In this document: piece by piece, positions 48,746 through 59,654 of the stretch | Layout: the number at the start of each line of letters is the position of its first letter | How positions within the stretch are numbered: the first letter of the stretch is position 1 | Source of the DNA: an uncultured Actinomycetota bacterium | Lineage (GTDB): Bacteria; Actinomycetota; UBA4738; HRBIN12 | Assembly: GCA_963784055.1 (NCBI GenBank) | Contig: CAWAPY010000015.1 | Location: 63,019 to 127,018 of the forward strand | Reading direction: 5' to 3' | DNA length: 64,000 nt | Translations under genes and position numbers: made by a program | Notes under the pieces: model-generated | The model's database searches: none | Told to the model about the DNA's origin: nothing | The model's input: the letters and a program-made list of their open reading frames with translations, nothing else

Positions 48746-49046
48746 ATGGCCAGCAAGACCGCCGAGCTGCGCGAGCTCACGGATGCGCAACTCCTCGAGC
48801 GGGCCGAGTCCGCGAAGGAGGAGCTCTTCAACCTGCGCTTCCAGCTCGCCACCGGTCAGCTCGGACGACTCGTCGTCGATCAAGAAGGTCCGCCACGAGA
48901 TCGCGCGGATCGCCACGGTGATGCGCGAACGCGATCTCGAGGCTGCGCGGGAAGCCTCATCGAACGCTGGGGTGGGGGCGCCGAGAACAGGAGCGCCGGC
49001 GAATCGAGTCCGGAACGGAGAGCGAGCAGTGAGCGAGGAGCAGATG
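48746..49046 (+). CDS. rpmC: 50S ribosomal protein L29 (one or two apparent frameshifts; 3' end uncertain)
   Basis: [39 protein letters not shown] then frameshift, [31 protein letters not shown]...; likely terminates at the TGA overlapping the rpsQ ATG. Confidence 0.7.
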
Positions 49047-49304
49047 ACGCAAGAGCGTGGGCGCCGCAAGACGCGGACCGGGGTCGTGGTCTCCGACGGC
49101 ATGGACAAGACCGTCGTCGTCCGGATCGACCGCTCGTTCCGACACCCGCTGTACGACAAGACGGTTCGGCGCTCCAAGAAGCTCGCCGCCCACGACGAGT
49201 CCAACGAGGCGCACGTGGGCGACCGCGTCCGCGTCGTGGAGACTCGGCCGCTGTCTAAGTCGAAGCGCTGGCGGCTGGTGGAGATCGTGGAGAAGGCCAA
49301 GTGA
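49044..49304 (+). CDS. rpsQ: 30S ribosomal protein S17
   Basis: [30 protein letters not shown]...[12 protein letters not shown]. Confidence 0.9.
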   Translation: MTQERGRRKTRTGVVVSDGMDKTVVVRIDRSFRHPLYDKTVRRSKKLAAHDESNEAHVGDRVRVVETRPLSKSKRWRLVEIVEKAK

Positions 49305-49672
49305 TCCAGCAGGAGACCCGTTGCCGTGTCGCGGACAACACCGGAGCGAAGGAGCTCCTGGTGATCCGTGTGCTCGGCGGGTCGGCTCGCCGCTACGCGA
49401 GCATCGGCGACACGGTCGTCGGCACGATCAAGGATGCGCTGCCCGGAGGTGGGGTCAAGAAAGGGGAGGTCGTCAAGGCCGTCGTCGTTCGGACCTCCAA
49501 GGAGCGGCGTCGTCCCGACGGCTCCTACATCCGGTTCGACGACAACGCCGTGGTGCTCCTCACCCCGGACTCGCGCAACCCGCGCGGGACCCGCATCTTC
49601 GGGCCGGTGGCCCGGGAGCTCCGCGACCGCCGCTACATGAAGATCGTGTCACTTGCGCCGGAGGTTCTGTGA
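49301..49672 (+). CDS. rplN: 50S ribosomal protein L14
   Basis: [28 protein letters not shown]... Confidence 0.95.
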   Translation: MIQQETRCRVADNTGAKELLVIRVLGGSARRYASIGDTVVGTIKDALPGGGVKKGEVVKAVVVRTSKERRRPDGSYIRFDDNAVVLLTPDSRNPRGTRIFGPVARELRDRRYMKIVSLAPEVL

Positions 49673-49689
49673 GGGTGGTGTTCTGAGGC

Positions 49690-50031
49690 ATGCCGGGAGT
49701 CGACATCAAGAAGGACGACACCGTCCGGGTGATCTCGGGCAAGGATCGCGGCCGGGAAGGCCGCGTCGTGCGCGTGCTCCCTCGGGAGGGGCGCGTGATG
49801 GTGGACGGCGTCGCTCTCGCCAAGAAGCACCAGCGCTCATCGGGCCGCCGCGCGCGCGGCAGCTCGCAGCAGCTGCAGCAAGGCGGGATCATCGACGCCG
49901 AGATGTTCGTGAACATCTCGAACGTCCAGGTGGTCTGCACTGCCTGCGGCGAGGCGACCCGCATCGGCCATCGGATCGAAGGCGATCGGAAGGTCCGGTT
50001 CTGCCGGAAGTGCGAGACGGAGCTGCCATGA
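49690..50031 (+). CDS. rplX: 50S ribosomal protein L24 with C-terminal C4 zinc-ribbon (CTAC...CRKC)
   Basis: KOW region ([23 protein letters not shown]); C-terminal [29 protein letters not shown] resembles Thermus-type zinc-binding L24. Confidence 0.9.
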   Translation: MPGVDIKKDDTVRVISGKDRGREGRVVRVLPREGRVMVDGVALAKKHQRSSGRRARGSSQQLQQGGIIDAEMFVNISNVQVVCTACGEATRIGHRIEGDRKVRFCRKCETELP

Positions 50032-50618
50032 GTGCCAAGACCGCCACGGAAGACACGTACACACCCCGCCTGCGGGCACGCTACCGGGAGGAGCTGGTCC
50101 CGGTGCTCCAGGAGCAGCTCGGGCTGGGGAACGTGATGCAGGTTCCACGGCTGGAGAAGGTCGTGGTCAACATGGGCGTGGGCGAGGCCGTGAAGGACGG
50201 CCGCCTGCTCGACGCGGCCCTGGAGGATCTCGCCACGATCACGGGGCAGAAGGCGGTCGTGACGAAGGCGCGGAAGTCGATCGCCGGCTTCAAGCTCCGC
50301 GAGGGGATGGCGATCGGCGCGAAGGTGACCCTCCGGGGGGCTTACATGTGGGAGTTCGTCGATCGACTCGTGTCGCTCGCGCTCCCCAGGATCCGTGACT
50401 TCCGGGGGCTGAGCCCCGCTGCCTTCGACGGGCATGGGAACTACACGCTCGGTGTCACCGAGCAGCTGATCTTCCCGGAGATCGACTATGACAAGGTGGT
50501 GAAGGTCACGGGCATGGACATCACGATCGTGACCACCGCGACGACCGACGACGAAGGACGAGCGCTGCTCGCCGCCCTGGGATTCCCGTTCGCCCAGTCG
50601 GCGGCGGAGGCGAGCTGA
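50028..50618 (+). CDS. rplE: 50S ribosomal protein L5
   Basis: ATGA overlap; ...[24 protein letters not shown]... Confidence 0.95.
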   Translation: MSAKTATEDTYTPRLRARYREELVPVLQEQLGLGNVMQVPRLEKVVVNMGVGEAVKDGRLLDAALEDLATITGQKAVVTKARKSIAGFKLREGMAIGAKVTLRGAYMWEFVDRLVSLALPRIRDFRGLSPAAFDGHGNYTLGVTEQLIFPEIDYDKVVKVTGMDITIVTTATTDDEGRALLAALGFPFAQSAAEAS

Positions 50619-50641
50619 GGCCAAGGAGACGGCACAAAGAG

Positions 50642-50827
50642 ATGGCGAAGACCGCACTGATCAACAAGCAGAAGAAGCAGCCGAAGTTCCGCGTGCGGGG
50701 CTATACGCGGTGCCTGCGGTGCGGCCGCTCACGGGCGGTCTACCGCAAGTTCATGCTCTGCCGGATCTGCTTCCGTGAGCTCGCGCACCTCGGAGAGCTG
50801 CCGGGGGTGACGAAAGCCTCATGGTGA
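50642..50827 (+). CDS. rpsN: 30S ribosomal protein S14, type Z (zinc-binding, 61 aa)
   Basis: [61 protein letters not shown]. Confidence 0.93.
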   Translation: MAKTALINKQKKQPKFRVRGYTRCLRCGRSRAVYRKFMLCRICFRELAHLGELPGVTKASW

Positions 50828-51246
50828 TGACGAAGCCGAAGTTCTCCTCGAACGTGAGCGACCCGGTCGCGGACCTCCTGACGAGGATCCGCAACGCGAA
50901 CCTGGCGTTCAAGGACGAGACGGTGGCGCCGGTGTCCAAGCTCGCGGACTCGGTCCTCAAGATCCTGGACGCCGAGGGCTACATCATCGGGTTCTCGCGC
51001 GAGGGCGAGGGCGTGCATCAGGCCTTCCGGATCCGGCTGAAGTACGGTGTGCGTCGGCGGCGCGCGATCACCGGACTCCGGCGGATCTCGAAGCCCGGAC
51101 GACGCATCTATCGCGGCCGTGACGAGCTCCCGCGGGTCCAGGGCGGGCTCGGGATCGCGATCATCTCGACCTCGCACGGGGTGATGACGGACAAGGACGC
51201 CGCACGCAAGGGTGTCGGCGGCGAGGTCTTGGCATACGTGTGGTGA
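50821..51246 (+). CDS. rpsH: 30S ribosomal protein S8 (start may be ATG 50827)
   Basis: ...[17 protein letters not shown]... Confidence 0.93.
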   Translation: MVMTKPKFSSNVSDPVADLLTRIRNANLAFKDETVAPVSKLADSVLKILDAEGYIIGFSREGEGVHQAFRIRLKYGVRRRRAITGLRRISKPGRRIYRGRDELPRVQGGLGIAIISTSHGVMTDKDAARKGVGGEVLAYVW

Positions 51247-51285
51247 GACGGCTGAGCACGGAGCACGGGCAGGGATGAGGACGAC

Positions 51286-51837
51286 ATGAGCAGGATCGGC
51301 AGACAACCGGTGGAGATCCCCGACGGGGTCGAGGTGCGGGTTGACGAGGCCAACCAGGTGACCGTTCGCGGTCCCCGGGGTGAGCTCTCGCAGACCATGC
51401 ACCCCACGATGCGCATCGTCACGGAAGAGGGTGTCGCGCGCGTGGAGCGGCCCGACGACGTCGGGTTCAGCCGCAGCCTGCACGGGCTCACGAGGTCCCT
51501 CCTCGCGAACATGGTCGAGGGTGTCACGAAGGGCTTCGAGAAGCGCCTGCAGATCGTGGGGGTCGGCTATCGCGCGATCCTGAAGGGCAACGACGTCGAG
51601 CTGCAGGTTGGCTACTCCCACCCGGTCCTCGTGCCCCAGCCCGACGGCATCGAGTTCGAGGTGCCCGCCCCCACCCAAGTGGTGGTGCGGGGCAACGACA
51701 AGCAGCAGGTCGGTGAGGTGGCCGCCACGATCCGCAAGATCCGGAAGCCCGAGCCCTACAAGGGGAAGGGCATCCGCTACGAGAACGAGTACGTCCGGAA
51801 GAAGGCCGGCAAGGCTGCCAAGGGGGCGACCGCCTGA
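51286..51837 (+). CDS. rplF: 50S ribosomal protein L6
   Basis: [20 protein letters not shown]... Confidence 0.95.
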   Translation: MSRIGRQPVEIPDGVEVRVDEANQVTVRGPRGELSQTMHPTMRIVTEEGVARVERPDDVGFSRSLHGLTRSLLANMVEGVTKGFEKRLQIVGVGYRAILKGNDVELQVGYSHPVLVPQPDGIEFEVPAPTQVVVRGNDKQQVGEVAATIRKIRKPEPYKGKGIRYENEYVRKKAGKAAKGATA

Positions 51838-52188
51838 TGGACGCCAAGACGAGGCGGATCGCGCGTGTCCGTCGCCATTCGCGCGTCCGCAAGAAAGTGG
51901 CGGGAACCGCGGAGCGGCCGCGCCTGGCCGTGTACCGCTCGAACCGACACATCTACGTCCAGCTCATCGACGATGGCGCGGCCGCGACGCTCGCCGCCGC
52001 CTCCGACGCGGAGGTCGGGAACTCGAAGGGCAAGACCGACCGCGCCAAGGAGGTCGGCAAGCTCGATCGCCGACCGCGCGAAGGGCGCCGGGATCGACCG
52101 GGTCGTGTTCGACCGTGGTGGACGGCGGTACCACGGCCGCGTGGCCGCGGTCGCCGAAGGTGCTCGAGAGGGAGGACTCCAGATCTGA
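51837..52188 (+). CDS. rplR: 50S ribosomal protein L18 (apparent 1-nt deletion ~52070)
   Basis: [20 protein letters not shown]...KEVGKL then frameshift, [40 protein letters not shown] (ORF 51865..52188); stop overlaps rpsE ATG. Confidence 0.85.
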
Positions 52189-52790
52189 TGTCGCGACGCT
52201 ATGACTCGAGGGACCAAGAGAAGAGCCCGTACGAAGAGCGGGTCATCTTCATCAACCGGGTGGCGAAGGTCGTCAAGGGCGGCCGCCGCTTCTCCTTCGC
52301 GGCGCTGATCGTCGTCGGCGACGGCGCGGGCCGCGTCGGCGTGGGCTACGGCAAGGCGAAGGAGGTGCCGGCCGCCATCGCCAAGGGGGTGGAGCTGGCA
52401 CGGCGCAAGATGTTCGAGGTCCCGATGATGGGCACGACGATCCCGCACGAGATCGTGGGCCAGGCCGGTGCGGGTCGGGTGCTGCTGAAGCCCGCCGCGC
52501 CGGGAACCGGCGTGATCGCCGGCGGTCCCGTCCGCGCGCTGGTCGAGGCGGCCGGCATCAAGGACATCCTGTCGAAGTCGATGGGCTCGTCGAACCAGAT
52601 CAACATCGTGAAGGCCGCGATGGCCGGGCTCAAGGCGCTCCGGAAGCCCCACGAGGTCGCCATGATGCGCGACCGCGAGGATCACCAGGTGGCGCCCAAG
52701 CCGATGCTCGAGGCCGTGGCCGCCGCGGAGGCGCACGCCCAGGCCGCCCGGGCCGAGGCACTGACGGAGGTCTACGGTGACAAGGCTTAA
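52188..52790 (+). CDS. rpsE: 30S ribosomal protein S5
   Basis: [46 protein letters not shown]... Confidence 0.93.
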   Translation: MSRRYDSRDQEKSPYEERVIFINRVAKVVKGGRRFSFAALIVVGDGAGRVGVGYGKAKEVPAAIAKGVELARRKMFEVPMMGTTIPHEIVGQAGAGRVLLKPAAPGTGVIAGGPVRALVEAAGIKDILSKSMGSSNQINIVKAAMAGLKALRKPHEVAMMRDREDHQVAPKPMLEAVAAAEAHAQAARAEALTEVYGDKA

Positions 52791-52959
52791 GGTGACCCAG
52801 ACGCGCAGCGTGATCCGCCGGCCCAAGGACCAGAAGGACACGGTCCGGCGGCTCGGCCTGCACCGGATCCGCGACAGCGTGATCAAGGAGGATCGCCCCG
52901 ACATCCGGGGGATGCTCGTGAAGGTCCGTCACCTGGTGCGCGTCGAGGAGGTCGACTGA
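52777..52959 (+). CDS. rpmD: 50S ribosomal protein L30
   Basis: GTG start overlapping rpsE 3' end; [35 protein letters not shown]. Confidence 0.9.
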   Translation: MTRLKVTQTRSVIRRPKDQKDTVRRLGLHRIRDSVIKEDRPDIRGMLVKVRHLVRVEEVD

Positions 52960-52962
52960 TCG

Positions 52963-53397
52963 ATGAAGCTGCATCACCTCCGCCCCGCCAAGGGCGCCAA
53001 GAAGGAACGGACCCGCGTGGGACGCGGGCGTGCGGGCGCTCGCGGGAAGACCGCCGGGCGAGGGACCAAGGGCACGGGAGCCCGCGGCACGATCCGCGCC
53101 GGGTTCGAGGGCGGGCAGATGCCGCTGATCCGGCGCATCCCAAAGCTCAAGGGCTTCAAGAACCCGAGCCGGGTCGAGTACGCGCCGGTGAACGTCGAGA
53201 TCCTGGCCAAGTACTTCGACGGCAACGTCACGCCGGACGCGCTCTACCGGCACGGGCTCGCGCACAAGGGAGCGAAGATCAAGGTCCTCGCCCGCGGCGA
53301 GCTCGACAAGAAGCTGACGGTGAAAGCACACGCCTTCTCGAAGGCGGCGAAGGAGAAGATCGAGGCGGCCGGAGGGACCGCCGAAGTCCTCAGCTGA
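52963..53397 (+). CDS. rplO: 50S ribosomal protein L15
   Basis: MKLHHLRPAKGAKKERTRVGRG... Confidence 0.95.
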   Translation: MKLHHLRPAKGAKKERTRVGRGRAGARGKTAGRGTKGTGARGTIRAGFEGGQMPLIRRIPKLKGFKNPSRVEYAPVNVEILAKYFDGNVTPDALYRHGLAHKGAKIKVLARGELDKKLTVKAHAFSKAAKEKIEAAGGTAEVLS

Positions 53398-53413
53398 GCT
53401 ACCCTAAGTCACC

Positions 53414-54691
53414 GTGCTGAAAGCGTTCCTCAACGCGTTCCGGGTGCCGGACCTCCGCGCGAAGATCCTCTTCACGCTGTTCGTCATCGCGGTCTTCCGA
53501 CTGGGCTCCTACGTGCCGGTCCCCGTCGTGGACATCGGCATCCTTCAGAACCAGGCGGACGCGGGCGGATTCCTGAACATCATCAACCTGTTCTCCGGCG
53601 GTGCGCTGACCCGCCTGTCGATCTTCTCGCTGGGCATCATGCCCTACATCACCAGCTCGATCATCATGCAGCTGATGACGGTCGTGATCCCCAAGCTCCA
53701 GCAGTGGCAGGAGCAGGGCGAGACCGGCACCAAGAAGATCAACCAGTGGACCCGGTACGTGACGGTCGTCCTCGCATTGCTCCAGTCCACGGGTCTCGTG
53801 TTCCTGTTCCACAACCCGGACGCGTCCGGGTTCGCCGACGTGTTCCCGACGGACACCTTCACCGGCGCCAACGTCGCCTTCATCGTGCTGATCATGACCG
53901 CGGGGACCGCCTTCATCATGTGGTTGGGCGAGCTGATCACGCAGCGAGGGGTCGGCAACGGCATGTCGATCCTGATCTTCACGAGCGTGATCTCCACGCT
54001 GCCGGCGGAGGGGAACGCGATCCTGCAGCAGGGAGGCACCGGCAAGTTCATCGCGATCATGCTGATCGGCCTCGGCATCATCGTGGCCGTGATCTACGTC
54101 GACCAGGGGCAACGCCGCGTGCCTGTCCAGTACGCGAAGCGGGTGGTGGGCCGGAAGATGACCTCGGGGGGAAGTACCTATCTGCCGCTGAAGGTGAACC
54201 AGGCCGGCGTGATCCCGATCATCTTCGCCACGTCGGTCCTCTACTTCCCCGCGCTGCTGAGCAGCGTGTACCACGCCGAGTGGTTCCAGAACTTCGTGAA
54301 CAACCACGTGCAGAACCAACGGAGTGTCGTCTACATGTTCCTGTTGGCCATGCTCATCATCTTCTTCTCGTACTTCTACACGGCGATCCAGTTCGACCCG
54401 ACGCGTACCGCGGACAACCTCCGGAAGAACGGCGGGTTCATCCCCGGCATCCGGCCCGGACCTCCCACCGCCGACTTCTTGAACCGCATCCTGATCCGGA
54501 TCGGGTTGCCGGGCGCGATCTTCCTCGCGGTGATCGCGCTTATCCCGACGGTCGTGTTCGCGTTCTGGAACATCCAGCAGTTCCCGTTCGGCGGCACGTC
54601 GATCCTGATCGCCGTGGGGGTCGCCCTCGAGACCATGAAGCAGATCGAGTCGCAGCTGCTGATGCGTCACTACGAGGGTTTCCTCGGATAG
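53414..54691 (+). CDS. secY: preprotein translocase subunit SecY
   Basis: GTG start; 10 transmembrane segments; ...RLSIFSLGIMPYITSSIIMQL... Confidence 0.95.
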   Translation: MLKAFLNAFRVPDLRAKILFTLFVIAVFRLGSYVPVPVVDIGILQNQADAGGFLNIINLFSGGALTRLSIFSLGIMPYITSSIIMQLMTVVIPKLQQWQEQGETGTKKINQWTRYVTVVLALLQSTGLVFLFHNPDASGFADVFPTDTFTGANVAFIVLIMTAGTAFIMWLGELITQRGVGNGMSILIFTSVISTLPAEGNAILQQGGTGKFIAIMLIGLGIIVAVIYVDQGQRRVPVQYAKRVVGRKMTSGGSTYLPLKVNQAGVIPIIFATSVLYFPALLSSVYHAEWFQNFVNNHVQNQRSVVYMFLLAMLIIFFSYFYTAIQFDPTRTADNLRKNGGFIPGIRPGPPTADFLNRILIRIGLPGAIFLAVIALIPTVVFAFWNIQQFPFGGTSILIAVGVALETMKQIESQLLMRHYEGFLG

Positions 54692-54695
54692 TCGG

Positions 54696-55346
54696 ATGCG
54701 GCTCGTACTGCTCGGCCCCCCGGGCGCGGGGAAGGGGACCCAGGGAGTCCTGCTCGCCGAGCGCTACGGCATCCCCCAGATCTCGACCGGCGACATCCTG
54801 CGCGACCACGTGCAGCGAGGGACGAAGCTCGGCATCCAGGCACGCTCGTACATGGATCGCGGCGAGTACGTGCCCGATGGTGTGGTCGTCTCGATGGTGA
54901 TGAACCGCCTCGAGGAGGCGGACGCCGACAAGGGGTTCATCCTCGACGGCTTCCCCCGGACCGTCGCGCAGGCCGAGGCGTTGGAGCGGGCGCTCGCGGA
55001 AACGGAGGAGCCGCTCACCGCCGTCCTGAAGTTCTCGGTCGGCGGCGAGCTGGCCGTCCGGCGGCTGCTCGGGAGATACACCTGCCCCAACTGCGGACGG
55101 ACCTATCACATGGAGTTCAAGCCGCCGGCGCAAGACGAGCTGTGCGACATCTGTGGCGCCACGCTCGAACGACGAGCCGATGACGACGAGCTCACGGCCC
55201 GGAGGCGTCTGGCCGTCTACCGGGAACAGGCGTCGCCTCTCGAGCGGTTCTACGCGGAGCGGGACCTCCTGCATCAGATCGACGCCGAGGCCTTGCCCGA
55301 CGAGGTCGTCGACCGGACCATGGGCGTCTTGGAGGAGCTGCTGTGA
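54696..55346 (+). CDS. adk: adenylate kinase with zinc-binding lid (CPNCG...CDICG)
   Basis: MRLVLLGPPGAGKGTQ... Confidence 0.95.
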   Translation: MRLVLLGPPGAGKGTQGVLLAERYGIPQISTGDILRDHVQRGTKLGIQARSYMDRGEYVPDGVVVSMVMNRLEEADADKGFILDGFPRTVAQAEALERALAETEEPLTAVLKFSVGGELAVRRLLGRYTCPNCGRTYHMEFKPPAQDELCDICGATLERRADDDELTARRRLAVYREQASPLERFYAERDLLHQIDAEALPDEVVDRTMGVLEELL

Positions 55347-56104
55347 TCATCCGCAAATCGGCCGAGGAGCTGGAGAAGATGCGGAAGGCCGGCCGGATCG
55401 TCGCCGGCACGATCGATGTCGTCGTGGCGGCGGTCGAGCCGGGCCGCTCGACCCTCGATCTGGATCGGGTGGCGGAGCGCTACATCCGGGGCCAAGGGGC
55501 GATCCCGTCGTTCAAGGGGTACCGAGGCACCTACCCCGCCTCGATCTGCGCGTCGATCGACGACGAGATCGTGCACGGCATCCCGTCGGGGACCCGGAAG
55601 CTCAAGGAGGGGATGGTGCTCTCCCTCGACTTCGGCGCGATCTGGGAGGGATTCCACGGCGACGCCGCCGTCACGGTGTTCGTGGGCGGGCAACCGCCCT
55701 CGGAGGAGGCCGCGACCCTCGCGAAGGAGACCGAGCATGCGCTGTACGCGGCGATCGACGCGATCCACGTCGGGGGCCGTCTGTCCGACATCGGCCACAC
55801 GATCGAATCCGTCGCCGACGCTGCGGGGCTCGGCCTGATCAGGGAGTACGGCGGACACGGGATCGGACGGAGCATGCACGAGGAACCGTTCATCCAGAAC
55901 TGGGGTCCACCCGGTCGCGGTCCGGAGCTCCGGCCGGGCCTGACGATCGCCGTGGAGCCGATGCTGACGCTCGGGGGCGAAGCCAACCGCGTCTTGGCCG
56001 ACGACTGGACCGTCGTCACCATGGACGGTTCCCTCGCAGCGCATTTCGAGCACACGATCGCGATCACCGAAGACGGCCCCGAGATCCTGACCGCCCGGAG
56101 CTGA
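55343..56104 (+). CDS. map: type I methionine aminopeptidase
   Basis: GTGA overlap with adk; ...HGIPSGTRKLKEGMVLSLDFGA... Confidence 0.95.
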   Translation: MIIRKSAEELEKMRKAGRIVAGTIDVVVAAVEPGRSTLDLDRVAERYIRGQGAIPSFKGYRGTYPASICASIDDEIVHGIPSGTRKLKEGMVLSLDFGAIWEGFHGDAAVTVFVGGQPPSEEAATLAKETEHALYAAIDAIHVGGRLSDIGHTIESVADAAGLGLIREYGGHGIGRSMHEEPFIQNWGPPGRGPELRPGLTIAVEPMLTLGGEANRVLADDWTVVTMDGSLAAHFEHTIAITEDGPEILTARS

Positions 56105-56221
56105 ATCCGCGGTCTGCGGGTATACTTCCTCGTTCGCCCCTTCTGGAGGCCGTGTTCGCATGTCCGGCCAGCAGGGGTCGAGAGCAGAGAGAAAGCCCCG
56201 TTCGAAGGAAACAGTGGGAGC

Positions 56222-56440
56222 GTGCCGAAAGACGACGTCATCGAGGTCGAGGGGACCGTTGTCGAGCCCCTGCCGAACGCCATGTTCCGGGTGGAACTGG
56301 AGAACGGGCACAAGGTGTTGGCCCACATCTCGGGGAAGATGCGGATGCACTACATCCGGATCCTCCCGGGGGACCGGGTGAAGGTGGAGCTCTCGCCGTA
56401 CGACCTCACGCGCGGGCGCGTGGTGTATAGGTTCAAGTAG
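56222..56440 (+). CDS. infA: translation initiation factor IF-1
   Basis: GTG start; [39 protein letters not shown]. Confidence 0.95.
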   Translation: MPKDDVIEVEGTVVEPLPNAMFRVELENGHKVLAHISGKMRMHYIRILPGDRVKVELSPYDLTRGRVVYRFK

Positions 56441-56468
56441 CTCCAGAAGAAGAGCAGAGGAAGAGCAG

Positions 56469-56582
56469 ATGAAGGTCAGGCCGTCCGTGAAGAAGATGTG
56501 CGATCGGTGCCGGGTGATCCGGCGCCGGGGCGTCGTGATGGTCATCTGCACCAACCCACGGCACAAGCAGCGGCAGGGCTAG
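56469..56582 (+). CDS. rpmJ: 50S ribosomal protein L36 (zinc-binding C3H type)
   Basis: Translated by hand (below ORF-track size cut-off): [37 protein letters not shown]. Confidence 0.9.
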   Translation: MKVRPSVKKMCDRCRVIRRRGVVMVICTNPRHKQRQG

Positions 56583-56595
56583 GAGGCTCGAAGGA

Positions 56596-56980
56596 ATGGC
56601 ACGGATCGCAGGCGTGGATCTCCCTCGCGACAAGCGGCTCGACATCGCGCTCCGATACATCTACGGCATCGGCCCCACGCGTGCCTACGAGATCGTGTCG
56701 GGGTCGGGTGTCGAGGGCGGGACGAAGGTCCGCGACCTCTCCGAGGACGAGGTCCTGAAGATCCGCGCCTACATCGACCAGAACCTGAAGGTCGAGGGAG
56801 ATCTGCGCCGCGAGGTGGCGCAGGACATCAAGCGCAAGATCGAGATCGGCTGTTACCAGGGCGTCCGGCACCGTCGGTCGCCTCCCGGTGCGCGGGCAAC
56901 GCACGCACACGAACGCACGCACCCGCAAGGGCCCCAAGAAGACGATCGCGGGGCGCAAGAAGGCCCAGGCGAAGAAGTAG
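56596..56980 (+). CDS. rpsM: 30S ribosomal protein S13 (apparent frameshift ~56880)
   Basis: [27 protein letters not shown]...[10 protein letters not shown] then frameshift, [32 protein letters not shown]. Confidence 0.85.
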
Positions 56981-57007
56981 CGCGGATCAGGCAACGGAAA
57001 GGGATCG

Positions 57008-57400
57008 ATGGCGAAGCCCAAGGCGAAGAAGGCACGGCGGCGGGAGAAGAAGAACGTCGTCCACGGCCAGGCGCACATCAAGTCCACGTTCAACAACACG
57101 ATCGTGACGATCACGGACCTCCAGGGGAACACGCTCTCGTGGGCGAGCGCGGGCAATGTGGGCTTCAAGGGCTCCCGAAAGTCAACGCCCTTCGCCGCGC
57201 AGCTCGCCGCCGAGAAGGCCGCTCGCCAGGCCCAGGAGCACGGCGTCCAGAAGGTCGACGTGTTCGTGAAGGGTCCGGGATCGGGCAGGGAGACGGCCAT
57301 CCGTTCCCTCGCCGCCACGGGCCTCGAGATCTCCGTGATCCAAGACGTCACGCCGGTTCCCCACAACGGGTGCCGGCCTCGCAAGCGTCGGCGCGTCTAG
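57008..57400 (+). CDS. rpsK: 30S ribosomal protein S11
   Basis: ...[24 protein letters not shown]... Confidence 0.95.
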   Translation: MAKPKAKKARRREKKNVVHGQAHIKSTFNNTIVTITDLQGNTLSWASAGNVGFKGSRKSTPFAAQLAAEKAARQAQEHGVQKVDVFVKGPGSGRETAIRSLAATGLEISVIQDVTPVPHNGCRPRKRRRV

Positions 57401-57493
57401 CGTTCGGCTCGCCCGGCACCGATGGGGTGTCCGGGACGCACCACGACGCGGGGAAGGAATGGTTGATCCCCCGCCGGAGGAGGAAGCAACATC

Positions 57494-58423
57494 GTGTTCA
57501 TCGTCGCCAGACCCGAGATCTCCGAGAACGAGATCTCACCCATCCGTTCCAAGTTCACGATCGAGCCGCTCGAGCCGGGGTTCGGCTACACGGTCGGCAA
57601 CTCGCTTCGGCGGACGCTGCTGTCGTCGATCCCGGGAGCCGCGATCTCGTCGGTTCGCATCGACGGTGTGCTGCATGAGTTCTCGACGATCCCCAAGGTC
57701 AACGAGGACGTCACCGACATCATCTTGAACCTCAAGGAGCTCGTGCTCCGCTCGGATCTCGAGGAGCCAACGACCGCCTATCTGAAGTCCAAGGGTCCCG
57801 CCGAGGTCACGGCGGGCGACATCGCACCCCCGGCGGGGATCGAGATCTTGAACCCCGAGCTCCACATCGCCACGCTCGGCAAGGGCGCGTCCCTCGAGAT
57901 GGAGCTCACCGTCGAGCGCGGCGTCGGCTACCGGATGGCCGACAAGAACAAGAAGGCACGTGACCCGATCGGCGTGATCCCCGTGGACTCGATCTTCTCG
58001 CCCGTTCGGAAGGTGTCGTACGCCGTCGAGGACACCCGCGTGGAGCAGATGACGGACCGCGACCGGCTGATCCTCGACGTCGAGACGGATGGCTCCGTCA
58101 CGCCGCGCGAGGCGCTGGCGTCGGCAGGCGGAACGCTCCTCGAGCTCGTCCAGCTGTTCGCGGACCTTGCCGAGGCGGCGAGTGTCTCCGTCGGGCCGGC
58201 CGAGGACGAGGACCAGCCGAGCGACTACGCCATCACGGTCGAGGATCTGAACCTGTCGGTGCGGTCGTACAACTGCCTGAAGCGCGAAGGCATCAACACC
58301 GTGGGCGACCTGGTCCAGAAGTCCGAGTCCGAGCTCATGGACATCCGGAACTTCGGCCAGAAGTCGATCGATGAGGTCAAGGCCAAGCTCGAGGAGCTCG
58401 GTCTCGGTCTGCGGGAGGAATAG
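57494..58423 (+). CDS. rpoA: DNA-directed RNA polymerase subunit alpha
   Basis: GTG start after a GGAGGAGGAAG ribosome-binding site; ...[30 protein letters not shown]...; no rpsD between rpsK and rpoA. Confidence 0.95.
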   Translation: MFIVARPEISENEISPIRSKFTIEPLEPGFGYTVGNSLRRTLLSSIPGAAISSVRIDGVLHEFSTIPKVNEDVTDIILNLKELVLRSDLEEPTTAYLKSKGPAEVTAGDIAPPAGIEILNPELHIATLGKGASLEMELTVERGVGYRMADKNKKARDPIGVIPVDSIFSPVRKVSYAVEDTRVEQMTDRDRLILDVETDGSVTPREALASAGGTLLELVQLFADLAEAASVSVGPAEDEDQPSDYAITVEDLNLSVRSYNCLKREGINTVGDLVQKSESELMDIRNFGQKSIDEVKAKLEELGLGLREE

Positions 58424-58428
58424 GAGCC

Positions 58429-58794
58429 GTGCCCAAGCCCAAGAAGGGCCCTCGACTCGGTTCCAACCCGGGTCACCAGAAGCTCCTGCTGTCCACGCTG
58501 GCGGCGCAGCTCTTCGTGCACGAGGGGATCCGGACGACCGAGGCGAAGGCGAAACAGCTCCGTCCGTTCGCGGAGAAGCTGATCACGTTCGCGAAGCGGG
58601 GTGACCTCGCGGCACGCCGCGAGGTCCTCCGCGACATCCCCGACCGCGATGTGGTCGCCAAGCTCTTCCACGAGATCGGCCCTCGGTTCGAGGAGCGGCA
58701 GGGTGGCTACACGAGGATCCTGAAGCTCGGCCCGCGCAAGGGCGACGGCGCCCCGATGGCGCTGATCGAGCTCGTGGAGCGCGAGGAGTCGTAG
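58429..58794 (+). CDS. rplQ: 50S ribosomal protein L17
   Basis: [25 protein letters not shown]... Confidence 0.93.
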   Translation: MPKPKKGPRLGSNPGHQKLLLSTLAAQLFVHEGIRTTEAKAKQLRPFAEKLITFAKRGDLAARREVLRDIPDRDVVAKLFHEIGPRFEERQGGYTRILKLGPRKGDGAPMALIELVEREES

Positions 58795-58812
58795 CACCGG
58801 ATCCCGATCCTG

Positions 58813-59559
58813 ATGTCGGTCATGGTCCTCACGCTTGCCTACGACGGGACCGACTTCCACGGCTGGGCGAGACAGCGCGATCCCTCGATCAGGACCATCG
58901 AAGGGGAGCTCGTGCCCCATCTCGAACGGGTCCTCCGGGAACCCGTGAAGCTGTCGGTGGCGGGACGCACCGACGCCGGCGTGCACGCGCGTGGCCAGGT
59001 CGCGTCGTTCCGGACGGAGACCTCGGTCGCACCCGAGCGACTCCAGAAGGCGCTGAACTCGGTGCTCGCACCCGAGGTGGTCGTCGTCCGTGCGCGGCTC
59101 GCACCGGACGGGTTCGATGCCCGCTTCTCCGCGACGGCCCGGGGATACCTCTACAGGATCGACGAAAGCCCGGTCGCGGATCCGTTCGCGGGCCGATCCG
59201 CCTGGCATCGGCCCGGGCGGCTCGCGCTCGCTCCGATGCGACTGGCGGCCGGGGACCTCGAAGGGAGGCACGACTTCAGGAGCTTCTGCCGGGATCCGGG
59301 GAACGATCGATCGACGACCAGGGATCTCCGGCGGCTGACCGTCGCGCGCGCGGGCGATGGCATCTCCATCCGGGCGGTGGCCGATGCGTTCCTGCACCAG
59401 ATGGTCAGATCGCTTGTCGGGACGCTCGTGGCGGTGGGAGAGGGCAAGCAGGACGCCACCGCGATGCCGGGCGTGCTCGCCGCCCGAGATCGATCGGCGG
59501 CGTCGGGCGGGCTGGCCCCTCCTCACGGCCTCACGTTGGAGCGGGTCAGCTATCGGTGA
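58813..59559 (+). CDS. truA: tRNA pseudouridine(38-40) synthase TruA
   Basis: ...LAYDGTDFHGWARQ...GRTDAGVHARGQVASF... Confidence 0.9.
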   Translation: MSVMVLTLAYDGTDFHGWARQRDPSIRTIEGELVPHLERVLREPVKLSVAGRTDAGVHARGQVASFRTETSVAPERLQKALNSVLAPEVVVVRARLAPDGFDARFSATARGYLYRIDESPVADPFAGRSAWHRPGRLALAPMRLAAGDLEGRHDFRSFCRDPGNDRSTTRDLRRLTVARAGDGISIRAVADAFLHQMVRSLVGTLVAVGEGKQDATAMPGVLAARDRSAASGGLAPPHGLTLERVSYR

Positions 59560-59654
59560 GCGAGGCACTGTGCCCTCGTCCGGAGGGAGCTTTGACGGGG
59601 GTGCGTTTCCGCAGGTAGCATGGGCCGTCGGCCCCTCGGGCCGACATCTTTCCG

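Noticed and set aside
53399-56566. Large minus-strand ORFs (53399..54670 and 55274..56566) and alternative-frame plus ORF 53704..54900
   Set aside because: Antisense or alternative frames of secY, adk and map, all of which have unambiguous homology in the chosen frames.
58225-59568. 447-aa minus-strand ORF
   Set aside because: Antisense to truA.
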